Of a stretch of DNA of 64,000 bases, positions 40,469-50,529 are shown piece after piece. The DNA is from Paramoeba atlantica (lineage: Eukaryota > Protista > Discosea). Under the pieces are notes generated by a model. That model ran no database searches. It saw only the letters and a list, made by a program, of their open reading frames with translations, and had not been told where the DNA came from. Both the position numbers and the translations under genes were made by a program. The stretch spans positions 29,571 through 93,570 of the forward strand of contig CDRNVI010000093.1 of the NCBI GenBank assembly GCA_977017575.1. Direction: 5' to 3'. Numbering within the stretch: the first letter of the stretch is position 1; each line of letters begins with the position of its first letter.

Positions 40469-40701
40469 TACTAAAGATTACATGTACATGCGATCGGTTA
40501 ACTACAAAGATTATTTTTCAGGCATAGGATTTCCTTCTTTTGACTCTAAGGAAGCCTGGGTAATATTGATATCAAAAACAAAAAGTAAATTAACAATACG
40601 AGTCCATGTAGGAAGACCTGTTGAGTAAGACTTTCATCGTACCCTTTGGGCGCTTTTAAATCCCCCATTGTCTTGGGAAACCCAGATCACGCGATATTGA
40701 G

Positions 40702-41424
40702 TTAGAAAACTATTGAGTCAGAAAACGGATCCTGTTTTTCACCAAAGTCAATTCGTTGTGGCTCGATGCTTATTTGTTCAAGGAAGCTGTCCGCCCCATA
40801 AATACGAGAAATCCCTTCGGAATCTTTCATCACGTTCTGCACCACGTCGATTTGGAGCAACTTTGGTAGTTCTTTGACGATCAGCTCTTTGAAGTTGTTA
40901 TAGCTCGCGTCTAGTACCCGGAGACTCGTTGGGACAGTATCCACCGTGAGAGTGCCGTGAAAACAGTTTCGAGAGAATGATAACTCTCGCAAAGTATTCG
41001 GAAGCCCGGAGAGAGACAGTGGGCCATGATGGAGATTACTATACATCTCAAGCTTAACTAAGCCGGGAGGAAGGCTATCTAAATCGGTCCGCATCCCTAC
41101 AAGCTCATTATTCCCAATATTAAAGGATCTGACGGATTCTGGAAGTAAATTTAACGCAACAGTCCCTTGCAGGAGTCCGGTAGCGGTTAAACGACTCGAG
41201 CTCCAATCAATGCGCTCTACCTGCAACTGGGCGTCACAGCCTACCCCAGCCCACTCACATGCCATGAAAAATGTGTTCCAGGAGGGTGCCGGGTTCGAAA
41301 CATTTGCGATGACGCGTGAAAGTTGAACCTCCTGGGGAAGAGACATACCCTTTACCTTCCCTAGCCGACGCCGATGAGAATGATCGGAGCACTCACCCGG
41401 AAATGGAATACCGTAGAAGCACAT
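40702..41424 (-). CDS. Short leucine-rich repeat protein with a CEWAGVGC cap; start at 41424 or 41346
   Basis: Repeats LPESVRSFNIGNNEL, LPPGLVKLEMYSNLH, LPNTLRELSFSRNCF and VPTSLRVLDASYNNF. Confidence 0.88.
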   Translation of the reverse strand: MCFYGIPFPGECSDHSHRRRLGKVKGMSLPQEVQLSRVIANVSNPAPSWNTFFMACEWAGVGCDAQLQVERIDWSSSRLTATGLLQGTVALNLLPESVRSFNIGNNELVGMRTDLDSLPPGLVKLEMYSNLHHGPLSLSGLPNTLRELSFSRNCFHGTLTVDTVPTSLRVLDASYNNFKELIVKELPKLLQIDVVQNVMKDSEGISRIYGADSFLEQISIEPQRIDFGEKQDPFSDSIVF

Positions 41425-41440
41425 TTTGTGGAGAAATGTT

Positions 41441-41479
41441 GAAAAGACAAGAAGAAAAGAAGAAAAGACAGAGAAGAAA
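41441..41479 (-). promoter_or_regulatory. Polypyrimidine tract on the sense strand upstream of the LRR gene (putative trans-splicing/polyadenylation signal)
   Basis: The minus strand reads TTTCTTCTCTGTCTTTTCTTCTTTTCTTCTTGTCTTTTC; function is inferred from kinetoplastid biology. Confidence 0.55.
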
Positions 41480-41507
41480 TATGTTGTAAATTCACATATT
41501 ACTAATA

Positions 41508-42477
41508 CAGTGGTTTCAGTTGATCTTGTCCCCCACTCGGAATTTTGAGTTTTTTTTATCCATTTTTGGTCATCTTTGCAGCATTGGAGAGATCTCGTTC
41601 CCCTAGCGAAGAGCTTTGCCGCCTTTTTTTCATAGAGACCCCCTGGTGCCCCCTGGGTCCGAAAAACACTGTTTTTTTAGACGTTTTCTGTGTACACAAC
41701 CTTTTTTTGTCACATTTTCCCGATTTTTTGTACATTTTGAACATGTAAGTACGAGTAATAGTGTTCTAAATTGATAATTTGAAAGCTCTATGTCTAGTAC
41801 CATCCCTATCGCCTAATTTAATATAGTCAACATCTCTACATTATGCAGACCAGACCCTCTAACCCCAAACAGGGGGAGTAGGTACAAGGATGGAATGACA
41901 AAAGAGAAGACAATCCCCCAATATCCCACAAACTGGGGGATATTATACCCATAACTTGGCAAAAGGTGAATTGATAAAATATCGTATTAAACAATTGTCT
42001 TGGCCAGCGAATTCGCCTGATTTAAATCCAATAGAAAATGTTTGGAAACAAATGAACGGCATCATAAAGAAAAAAATTAAGCCCCACAATCATGCTACCC
42101 TCGCCGATGCCATTAAAAAAGCTTTTCAGATTCTAAAACGTCCTCAAGAAAAACGTAAAGTGTGCAACACAAGTGATTCAGTCCCTAATAGACTTCAAAA
42201 AGTGTTTTCCGGATACTAGTTCTTTTCCTTCAGAGTTAACTTTTGGACATAAAATCCGTTTTTTGTTCCAATTTTTGATATGATAAAAAAATGTCATTTT
42301 TTTTTATTTTGGTCAACTTTCGGGTCACCCAGGGGGCACCAGGGGGTCTCTATGAAAAAAAGGCGGCAAAGCTCTTCGCTAGGGGAACGAGGTCTCTCCA
42401 ATGCTGCAAAGATGAGCAAAAATGGATAAAAAAAATCAAAATTCCGAGGGGGGGGGCAAGATCAACTGAAACCACTG
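41508..42477 (+). mobile_element. Internally deleted Tc1/mariner DNA transposon (970 bp): 151-bp TIRs, TA target-site duplication, transposase remnant
   Basis: TA|CAGTGGTTTCAGTTGATCTTG... (41508-41658) and ...CAAGATCAACTGAAACCACTG|TA (42327-42477), with about 5 mismatches between the TIRs. Confidence 0.95.
41956..42219 (+). pseudogene. Tc1-family DDE transposase C-terminal fragment
   Basis: LSWPANSPDLNPIENVWKQM is the Tc1 WPxxSPDLNPIENxW signature; DSVPNRLQKV resembles the terminal SMPxRLxxV block. There is no ATG start or N-terminal domain. Confidence 0.92.
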
Positions 42478-42584
42478 TATTTCCCTAAAAGCCATAAGAA
42501 AGTGAGTATGCAACAGTCAGTTGATTATCCATACAAAGGTGCAAGTGGCTGGCAGCCTTTTCTTTTCTTTGTTGAGTTGAATGA

Positions 42585-43409
42585 CTACATCCGGCGTCTT
42601 GGCAGGTGTGCGTCATAATTGAGTACTAGCTCAAGAGCATCTTGGCCAGACTCAAAATAACGCGGAATCAGCCTTCTGATTTTGAAGTTTTTACTCTCGT
42701 AGAATCTGACAAGCCACATCATAGACGGTTCGTTCACCACATGAAGCCTTGCTTTGTCGCAACCAAAATATTTCGCCAGGAGATGAAATAAGTCCAATGC
42801 TTTGGTTCCAATACCCCTTAAGCGGAACACTGGAGAGACTGCGAGAAACGCAAGATATAATTCTGTCCTTGTATGGAGTGGATTTAGAGGACGCAGGGCT
42901 ACGGCGAAGTGAACGATCGGAGCTGCACTTTCCTCGCATGATGTCCTATCTTCTTTTTGGGGAGAAATAAATCCAAGGAAGTGCACAAAACCAGAAGAGT
43001 GAAGAAAATCATCGCAAACCTTTTGTCTTACTACCTCTACTGTTCCCTGACTTGCGTTACACGTCACAAGGCTGCTGCAAGGATGGTTGCAAACAATTTC
43101 TGAATTGGGGAATTGAAAGCTAGATTTCTTTGGGCGTGAATCATTGCTTTTATACCAATCGTATATGAAATCTGATTCCACTGATTTCCAGAAGTACGAC
43201 GAGTTCAAGTCGCACACCTTACAAGCACACGAAAGGTCATCGCTTAATGAACGTTCGCAATATCCGGTTCTAATAAAATGAAAATCATGGGTACCCGGTG
43301 GAGTACTGCAATTTAAGGTATACGTGCTGAGAGTGTGGACGTTTTCATGTTCATGTTGCAGGAAGCATTTCCATGCTAAATGTTTTCCTTCAATGTCACG
43401 GACGTTCAT
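42585..43409 (-). CDS. GNAT-family N-acetyltransferase (NAT/RimI-like C-terminal domain)
   Basis: LYLAFLAVSPVFRLRGIGTKAL, LHV..., FYESKNFKIRRLIPRYFESGQDALEL. Confidence 0.85.
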   Translation of the reverse strand: MNVRDIEGKHLAWKCFLQHEHENVHTLSTYTLNCSTPPGTHDFHFIRTGYCERSLSDDLSCACKVCDLNSSYFWKSVESDFIYDWYKSNDSRPKKSSFQFPNSEIVCNHPCSSLVTCNASQGTVEVVRQKVCDDFLHSSGFVHFLGFISPQKEDRTSCEESAAPIVHFAVALRPLNPLHTRTELYLAFLAVSPVFRLRGIGTKALDLFHLLAKYFGCDKARLHVVNEPSMMWLVRFYESKNFKIRRLIPRYFESGQDALELVLNYDAHLPRRRM

Positions 43410-43865
43410 CCAAATTTACGATTTGTTGGCCTCCCAGTGCGTCGTTTGTCGAGTACTGCTTTGTGATGCTAAAAAGTTCATACTATAAAAAACATTTACT
43501 CGAAAATCCGTCGAATGCTCACTAAGATTCTCATTGGTCTTACTAGCGATGTACGATACATACGTCAGGTGTACGACATACGGATGTAAGATAAGTAGAT
43601 ACGTACAATTACGTAAGAATGGGCGCAGTATAAGATATGTACGTGTACATATCTGTATGTACATATGTGGTGTCTGCATACCACCCACAAAACTTTAACT
43701 CGTACCGTGTAGAAATAGCAAGTCATTGCTTAAGAATGTACCAAAAGATTCGGCCTAAGCGTAACAAATTGTGTGGTCAGGGTTTTCTTACCGTACGAAG
43801 AAGAATAATTGTCAGAAGAACGATCACATTATTCTAAACGTGAGTGGTTCCCTTCCGTTCTGCTC

Positions 43866-46007
43866 TCATGAAAGCATCCAGGCCGAGGGAAGTCGGCGGC
43901 GCCTCTCTTCCTGCTCCTTGGCCTGTCTTTGGAGTTCTCGAACGGCTTGCTCTTGTTGCGTAAGAGCTATGTCTTGATTACTGGCCTTGTCGCGTCGTAC
44001 GCGCTCAAGTCTCTCACGCCTTACCACGTCTTGCTGAAATGGACTTTCGGGACTCGGAACTTCTTCGACGTATTGCTTTTTTTGTAAGCGAAGCGCATCC
44101 TTCGTAGTTGTTGGTGTTCCCTTGTATTTCTTCTCTACACTTGGTTTCATTGGATGATCTTCACATATGACGTTCTCTCCTGATGTCGAAATGTTCTCAC
44201 CCAATATGCCGCTCTCACTCGTGACACTTTCATCCATTTTTTCGTTTTCAGTTCCGTACGTCGGCTCTACGGATACCAACTCTTTTCTTGCAGGTTTATT
44301 GCCGTCGCTTGATTTGTTCGAGGGATTACTCGCTGCTTTCTTCTGTGTCTTCAAGCTGTCCTTCAATCCAATGAATTTCAGTTTCCGACGTCCGGAGCGT
44401 TTCTTGGCGCTCTTGGATCCTTCAATTATGTGAACTGTTTTGTTTGGTTTCGCGCAGGGTACGTGCAAACGCTTCAGCGATGCAAAAGGAAGCAAATGAC
44501 GCAAAAAAACCATTCGTGGAGATAAGCTCTTTTTGTGAGTGTTCGTGATGTTAAACCTTTCTGTTTGTAATTTACCATGAGTCGCTCCATCTTTCGAAAT
44601 GAAGGGTCTCGGTAAAGAGGCTGTTATCAGTTGATCGAATGATATTTTCATATCTGAGGCTTTGGGAAAAAGTCTGGCGTATTCTTTATACGCGTTTAAA
44701 TCTAAATCGTCATCGTTTATAGACATTAGCCTCCTGATCCAATTTAAACATTCTTTATTTTTAACTGTAATCTCATCACCAACTTTGTTCTCTGGCGTAT
44801 GTTCATTTTTTCTACTTATTTCATCTACTCGCAAAGTAGATTGGAATGTGTCCGAAGCCGCCAGGGAATGCATATCGTTCTTTGACGTCTCAGGAATGAG
44901 GTATCCCAATATTTCTCTCCTGGTGGACAAAGGAATCACAACGGGTACAGCCATTTTCAGGTGCTCCTCCAGCATTTCGTTTTGTCGCACACGAATCAGA
45001 AGATCTAAGCAGAGTTCGGCCTTTTGATGCCTGGCGAATAGGATCAGTAGTCGCTGGATCGTAAGTGGACCACACCGACGTGCCCCTTCGTATCGCACAA
45101 TCTCAAATGCATACAGCACAGTGCGGAGAGAAAAGTGAAACTGATTTGAATTCTCAACTGCCAGGCGAATGAGTTCCCACTTTGCCACATGATTAAGGGT
45201 CAAATTGAACATGACAAAAAACGCATGAAGAGCTGGCACGGAGGCTTTTCGGGTGCTGGACAGCGACTCTAGTCGGTTTAACAGCCTAAGTTGTCGTACA
45301 AACCCCTTCTGTTCATTTGGTCCACCGCGAATACGATCTTTAAAATTTGAAGCACCGGGATTCATGCACAGTACAAAAACATGGCCATCAAAATTCAAAC
45401 CGTGTGTATCCATAAAAGCTAAGATGTCAAGTGCAGCCCGAAGCCTTCCGCTTGCCACACACATCAGTGCCCAGCAACTGTACCCGGCATGTGTCACATT
45501 CTGTTGTTGCTCGACTTTTCGAAAGAACTGCTCGGCTTTGGTGAAATAGAGCGGGTCAAGTAGTACGTGATGTGCGGCCCGCGCGAGTAACTGGTTAAGA
45601 ACAACCTCCTCCATGACGTATTGCTGCTCCGGTGGTTTTTGAATACGATCAAATGTTTTCCATCGCATGATGTCGTCATAGATCAGATCGGGGGTAGGGG
45701 ACCCGGGAGCATTCAGTAAACCCTCGATCGGCATGATGCCATCCGTAGCTGCGCTGTTCAGCATGTCGTGGTAGTTCATCCGTGTGGCAATCACCGTGAC
45801 TGCCTGAGAGGGCGTTGATTTCCAAAAGTCGTCGTGGGAGGGGAGATATTTCGTGTTCTCTACGAATTGGCGATACGCAGGAAGTCCGCGAAGCCACTCA
45901 CGGCGAAACGCACCCGAAGATTCCGTAGCAAAAAGTTTTTGAGAGGGCAAGGAGTACGGAATTTTCGGCAGATTTCCCGTCGGGAGCGCACGTACTGAGT
46001 TCTGCAT
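43866..46007 (-). CDS. Hypothetical, probably mitochondrial protein with PPR-like helices and a charged C-terminus
   Basis: 713-aa ORF; YSCWALMCVASGRLRAALDILAFMDTHGLNFDGHVF resembles a PPR unit. Confidence 0.6.
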   Translation of the reverse strand: MQNSVRALPTGNLPKIPYSLPSQKLFATESSGAFRREWLRGLPAYRQFVENTKYLPSHDDFWKSTPSQAVTVIATRMNYHDMLNSAATDGIMPIEGLLNAPGSPTPDLIYDDIMRWKTFDRIQKPPEQQYVMEEVVLNQLLARAAHHVLLDPLYFTKAEQFFRKVEQQQNVTHAGYSCWALMCVASGRLRAALDILAFMDTHGLNFDGHVFVLCMNPGASNFKDRIRGGPNEQKGFVRQLRLLNRLESLSSTRKASVPALHAFFVMFNLTLNHVAKWELIRLAVENSNQFHFSLRTVLYAFEIVRYEGARRCGPLTIQRLLILFARHQKAELCLDLLIRVRQNEMLEEHLKMAVPVVIPLSTRREILGYLIPETSKNDMHSLAASDTFQSTLRVDEISRKNEHTPENKVGDEITVKNKECLNWIRRLMSINDDDLDLNAYKEYARLFPKASDMKISFDQLITASLPRPFISKDGATHGKLQTERFNITNTHKKSLSPRMVFLRHLLPFASLKRLHVPCAKPNKTVHIIEGSKSAKKRSGRRKLKFIGLKDSLKTQKKAASNPSNKSSDGNKPARKELVSVEPTYGTENEKMDESVTSESGILGENISTSGENVICEDHPMKPSVEKKYKGTPTTTKDALRLQKKQYVEEVPSPESPFQQDVVRRERLERVRRDKASNQDIALTQQEQAVRELQRQAKEQEERRRRLPSAWMLS

Positions 46008-46338
46008 TTCGGCGCAGGATTGAAAGAATCCGAATTATGGGATTTTGGAGTCGATTAATATGAGTCGAGCCGAATCATAAAAAAATGAATGAATGAATGA
46101 TGACTAGATGAGCATAAAGGCAAGAAAGGTCGATTTCTATCTGATTTTTCGCTTGAAAGTGTGTCAAAATATAAATGTAGTATCAATGTTCCATTTGCAC
46201 TATCATGAATCAGAATAGATAGCAAAAACATTAATTCGGGTACTTGAACTTTCTGTTTCTTTGACGTTTTGACCACAAATTGTAGCTGTCTTTAAAATCG
46301 AAAGCGGTACTTTATGAATGCGGAATGGCGCCATGCCC

Positions 46339-48675
46339 CTATTGATTCTGTACAGCAACTCTCTTTAAGTGATCCGTAAATGTTTGTAACGTGACGTCGT
46401 CTGTCCACATCAACTCCTCCGAGCCTTTTCCATACAAAACATTATTGGGCAGCTGAGCGCCTTGATTCTTTGTGGTACGCGAGCGCGAAGGATTAATCCG
46501 GTTCATCAGAATGCGACTTGAGGGATCGAACTTACTGCACTCGTATAAAACAGGTGCCGGTTGTCTTCCCCGCAAAAGTTCTTGTACATGCTTTCGGGGT
46601 CGATCTAGGAAAGCCCGGAAATGCGCGTAATCCGGATTCTTTTCGTATCCTGCCTTAATCCATTCTTGAATGGTCACACCGTACTGAATAACAATCTCAA
46701 AAAAGGTGTCCAGAACTAGGATGTTCTCGTCTTGTATGGCGGATTCGTCCAAGGGAACAGGAGACTCTGGGCCTGTCATAGTATAACTCACAAGTGTGGG
46801 GTGAATCATCAAAATAGCGTCACGTAGTTGTGTACGAAATAACTGTATACGGTAATTTGCTGTTTCGTCCGGTGAGCTGTTAAAGAACTGTAGGAACGGG
46901 GAACGCCTTAGGTGGTACATAAAAATGGGAAAGAAACTCAGACGAGGTCCCAGCCGTAATGAGCGCGGATCGTCCTTGTTAAAAGTTGCGAAACGATGTA
47001 CGAATCGAATCAGGTGGCGATCCAGCCACCGTAACACATCAAACATAGAGCTGGATTCCGTCTTGTGTGCACACAGGCGAGCGACGAGTACCGCCGCCGC
47101 TTCTTGATCAAAAGTCTGTCCGAGCGCATTGAAATCAGTTCCGTGATGAATGCGGTGAGGAAGTGTCGAGACTCTTATGCGTGTTTCCCCGTTCACGCAA
47201 ACGTATTTTGTCACGAATTGAACAAATCGGTAATCCTTCAGTGGTTCAGAGGAAGTCGTGTTCGTACCATTGGAATTATGTGCTTCGAAATAAACGGCCA
47301 GAGTTGTATCTTCCGCCATGGTGCTGGATAGCCATTGAGCAGTGCCGCCCATACCCATTTCCGTATCTGCAATGCTGGAACTTTTCTTCACGCCTCCTAT
47401 ACAAGGTCCAATTGCCCCCATTACCTTCCAATTCGGTGTAGTTTGCACCTCAAAACTCACATTGAAAAACATCTTAGGTCTATTCGTCGTGTCGTCCTTA
47501 AGGAAATACTGCTCCAAACTCTTCGCGAAGTGCGGCTTTTGCCACCCATCCACCATGAGGAGAGTACCTCCAGTACATTGAATGCAAGTTTTCATCTCCG
47601 CAAGTCCTGTTTGGTCCAGACACGCACTAAAAACGTCGAGAACATAACTATGGCTGACCATTCGTCTCATCAACGAGGCGTAGAAGCTGATGGATGATGG
47701 CCAATGTTTCGCTGCCGCAGTCTGGTCCCGTATATCTGCATGTCCTCGAATCAAGTTTGTTTTGGCCACATCAACAGCTCGACCCGGGCCTTCGGTGCAT
47801 ATACCGGACACGAAAGTAAGCACACGTGCTGGGGTCTTGGGATAAAAACACTGCAGCAACGATGTAGCGGCAGATATGGCAGCTCCAGTGCAGCGCAACG
47901 CACGATGGCCCTTCTCCACTGGCCACAGATCCGGCTGCAATTCCTCAAACAGCACATCCAACGCCTCTCTTGCCTCTGCCACAGGGCTCAGATACACCTG
48001 ACTCTGCGGGTCAACCCCCAGCGTTCGACGAATATCCTCGCAACTCACCTCGACGGTACCGCGATAGGTACAACACCGCTGAAACGCCCCACTACGCCTT
48101 GTCTGGTGAATCTGTACCGTTGTGCCATACGTAATCAACCCAACGTACGCACCATACGGCAGACTCCCTAACACCTTTACTAAATGTCGTTTCAACGCCT
48201 CCAACTCCCCCACCGTCGGCACGCAGATATCCACGACCATAACAAACACAAGCGAAAGCCCCGAGGAGCTTTCGATTTCCCCAGGACTCGAAACGAGTGC
48301 ATAATCTACCGTAGTACACCCCGGACTCATTGCGGGGATCGTTGTTGTTGTCGTCGTCGTACCTCCTGTACCCGTCGCGTGACTCTCCCTCGCATCGCTG
48401 GGTCTGCGTACCGGGAGCCCTGTGCGGGCCCCACAGAACACACACGTCCAGGACTGGGTCCGGGGGTCCACGGCGCAGTAGGGGTTAAGCACGGCGCTAC
48501 AGACTTGGCAGCGCGCGGGGGTCTCGGGGAGCACTGTCGGGGAGGGGAGGGCTTGTAGCGGAGCGAGGAGACACCCGAGGGGGAGTACCATGCGTGTGCT
48601 CTCGAGCCGATCCAGGGGGCAGGACTCAAAGGACCACCGGGTGGAGAGGGGGGAGGCGGTGGGGGAGGGGTTCAT
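46339..48675 (-). CDS. SEC23: COPII coat protein SEC23
   Basis: Zinc finger CxxC..LNPYC..W.C.FC, LRCTGAAISAA, FVSGICTEGPG, FDQEAAAVLVAR, VLRWLDRHLIR and FMYHLRRSPFL..FNSSPDET. Confidence 0.97.
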   Translation of the reverse strand: MNPSPTASPLSTRWSFESCPLDRLESTRMVLPLGCLLAPLQALPSPTVLPETPARCQVCSAVLNPYCAVDPRTQSWTCVFCGARTGLPVRRPSDARESHATGTGGTTTTTTTIPAMSPGCTTVDYALVSSPGEIESSSGLSLVFVMVVDICVPTVGELEALKRHLVKVLGSLPYGAYVGLITYGTTVQIHQTRRSGAFQRCCTYRGTVEVSCEDIRRTLGVDPQSQVYLSPVAEAREALDVLFEELQPDLWPVEKGHRALRCTGAAISAATSLLQCFYPKTPARVLTFVSGICTEGPGRAVDVAKTNLIRGHADIRDQTAAAKHWPSSISFYASLMRRMVSHSYVLDVFSACLDQTGLAEMKTCIQCTGGTLLMVDGWQKPHFAKSLEQYFLKDDTTNRPKMFFNVSFEVQTTPNWKVMGAIGPCIGGVKKSSSIADTEMGMGGTAQWLSSTMAEDTTLAVYFEAHNSNGTNTTSSEPLKDYRFVQFVTKYVCVNGETRIRVSTLPHRIHHGTDFNALGQTFDQEAAAVLVARLCAHKTESSSMFDVLRWLDRHLIRFVHRFATFNKDDPRSLRLGPRLSFFPIFMYHLRRSPFLQFFNSSPDETANYRIQLFRTQLRDAILMIHPTLVSYTMTGPESPVPLDESAIQDENILVLDTFFEIVIQYGVTIQEWIKAGYEKNPDYAHFRAFLDRPRKHVQELLRGRQPAPVLYECSKFDPSSRILMNRINPSRSRTTKNQGAQLPNNVLYGKGSEELMWTDDVTLQTFTDHLKRVAVQNQ

Positions 48676-49214
48676 GGAGAGGTGAAGAGGGAAAGGGGGT
48701 GAAACAGGTTTTCTTTAGGGAAAGTTTTCTTGGTGGGGGTTAGAAGAGGAAGGGGGTAAAAAAAAAGGGGGGGGGGGGATAAAGGGAGTTTGGGGAAGGA
48801 AGCAGGGAAATGCGTTTTGAGTTAATCAAGGAAATGTAGAATATAAACTGGTGAGAGAATAATTTTTTTTGTTATGAATATTCTTGAATGCAGACTGTAG
48901 GACTGTTCGTCTTTTAGAAGGGCCCAAAAAATCATACATCGTAGTACACATACGGCGGAACTAAAAGTAAACAAAGTAGAAAAATCAACCTTTTTCTACA
49001 TTTTGCCATATTCTCCATTTTTCAAAGTCCATTAAATTAGTACATATATAATTGAAAGGAATATTATATTTGTCTCGAATATGTGTGGAGTATTCTGAAT
49101 AAATATTCTACCTTAACGTTATTGATTCCTCTGTTGACTTGTTTACTAATGTCGGCTCATTATATTATTGTGATTACCGATAGAAGTACAGTTTTCCGTA
49201 CACTTCGCTATAGC

Positions 49215-50327
49215 TCATGTTGGAAGAGTCAATCCATGCTTGTTGCAGTATTTTACCTGCTCCTCTTTTGGCAAACATGCGAAAAGCTTCTTGGCAGCCC
49301 TTTGCCAGTATCCCACCCCCAATTTTCTCGGGACCCCCATACCAGTTGATTTACACGTGGCGTTTTTTTCGTTCCACAGCTTTTCAGACAATGCTTTCAC
49401 CTCCTCGGGGTGTTCCAGGGCGTATCGATATTTTGGTATTTTGCGCCACGGGCTTGAAGGGGAACATCTACGAAACCGTGGTATTACTTTCTCTTTTTCA
49501 ACGGGGAGCTTCATTTCTTCAAGAAATTTGGAATTTGCTAAAACGAAATCACGAACATGGGGTACAAGAACTCCTTTCTTTAGCCTACATATGGATGGAT
49601 CGTACTTAAAAAGTCCGTTCAATGCGCCATATCGAATTTTTTTGGCAAGCTCCGTGTAGCGCTGCTTGACGACTTCACTCTCCGCCTTCCACGCAGCACT
49701 TAAGGCCTTTCCAACAAGGGAAAACCAGACAGTAATTTTCACTGCTTTGCGGTCATAGGGAATTTTAGCATTTATCTCATCTCGGTTCATAGCTCTGTAC
49801 AGACTAGGAGCAACCATGCTGCGCCAGGTCTTCATAGTTAGTCTCCTGTTCTTCCTTCTGCGCCTTTTGAACGCCTCTTTAGCTTTCTCGTTGAAATCTC
49901 GAGCCATTTGTTGGTACTCTTCCGCGAGTGGTTCCGGAAGATTATCAAAATCCTTCGTCAGCTGGGCACGGTGCTCCTTGTACGTAATGTCAGGATCTTT
50001 CCAAGGCCAGCGCTCGAAGATAAATAGGTGGAGCGCGCAGCGTGTTGGTCTGAACAGGTGTCCTTTCTTGTTCCTTCTGGGTTCCATCGTAGATTCTTCT
50101 TGTGCTTTTAGTCCTTTTGATTCTTTCTTCGAGGGTTCGTGCTCTGGGGCCGGGGTTGATCTCTGAATGCCAACTTGCGAAAACCCGCGTGTTGAGGTGC
50201 GCATGCCGATGGAAGGCCTTCGAAGTCCAGTCTTGAGCGATGCAGAGAAAAAACGCAATCCTCTTCGCATGAAAAAATCAACACAATAATAAGAAAAACG
50301 GGTCAAAATGTAAAATGAGATTTTCAA
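49215..50327 (-). CDS. Multi-HMG-box protein with a mitochondrial presequence (kDNA-associated, KAP6/TFAM-like candidate); probable start at 50270
   Basis: MRRGLRFFSASLKTGLRR presequence. HMG-like boxes LFIFERW...LTKDFDNLPEPLAEEYQQMA and LYRAMNR...LSAAWKAESEVVKQRYTELA, plus a partial third box LFACLPKEEQVKY. Confidence 0.65.
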   Translation of the reverse strand: MKISFYILTRFSYYCVDFFMRRGLRFFSASLKTGLRRPSIGMRTSTRGFSQVGIQRSTPAPEHEPSKKESKGLKAQEESTMEPRRNKKGHLFRPTRCALHLFIFERWPWKDPDITYKEHRAQLTKDFDNLPEPLAEEYQQMARDFNEKAKEAFKRRRRKNRRLTMKTWRSMVAPSLYRAMNRDEINAKIPYDRKAVKITVWFSLVGKALSAAWKAESEVVKQRYTELAKKIRYGALNGLFKYDPSICRLKKGVLVPHVRDFVLANSKFLEEMKLPVEKEKVIPRFRRCSPSSPWRKIPKYRYALEHPEEVKALSEKLWNEKNATCKSTGMGVPRKLGVGYWQRAAKKLFACLPKEEQVKYCNKHGLTLPT

Positions 50328-50529
50328 CTTGACTTTGTATCTTCGGATCGAACGAATCCTTGTGATTTTTGAAAATGTTGTTCGTTGCGGGTTCTATTAC
50401 GTCAAAGAAAGGTTCTGGCAAGAATATTTAGTTGAACTGGCAAGAAAATTTGTCTAGCAAGCCATACAAGCTCTGTATAAAAAAAAGTTATGCTGATAGT
50501 TTTACGATTACTACCAAAAAGGAGCAGAG

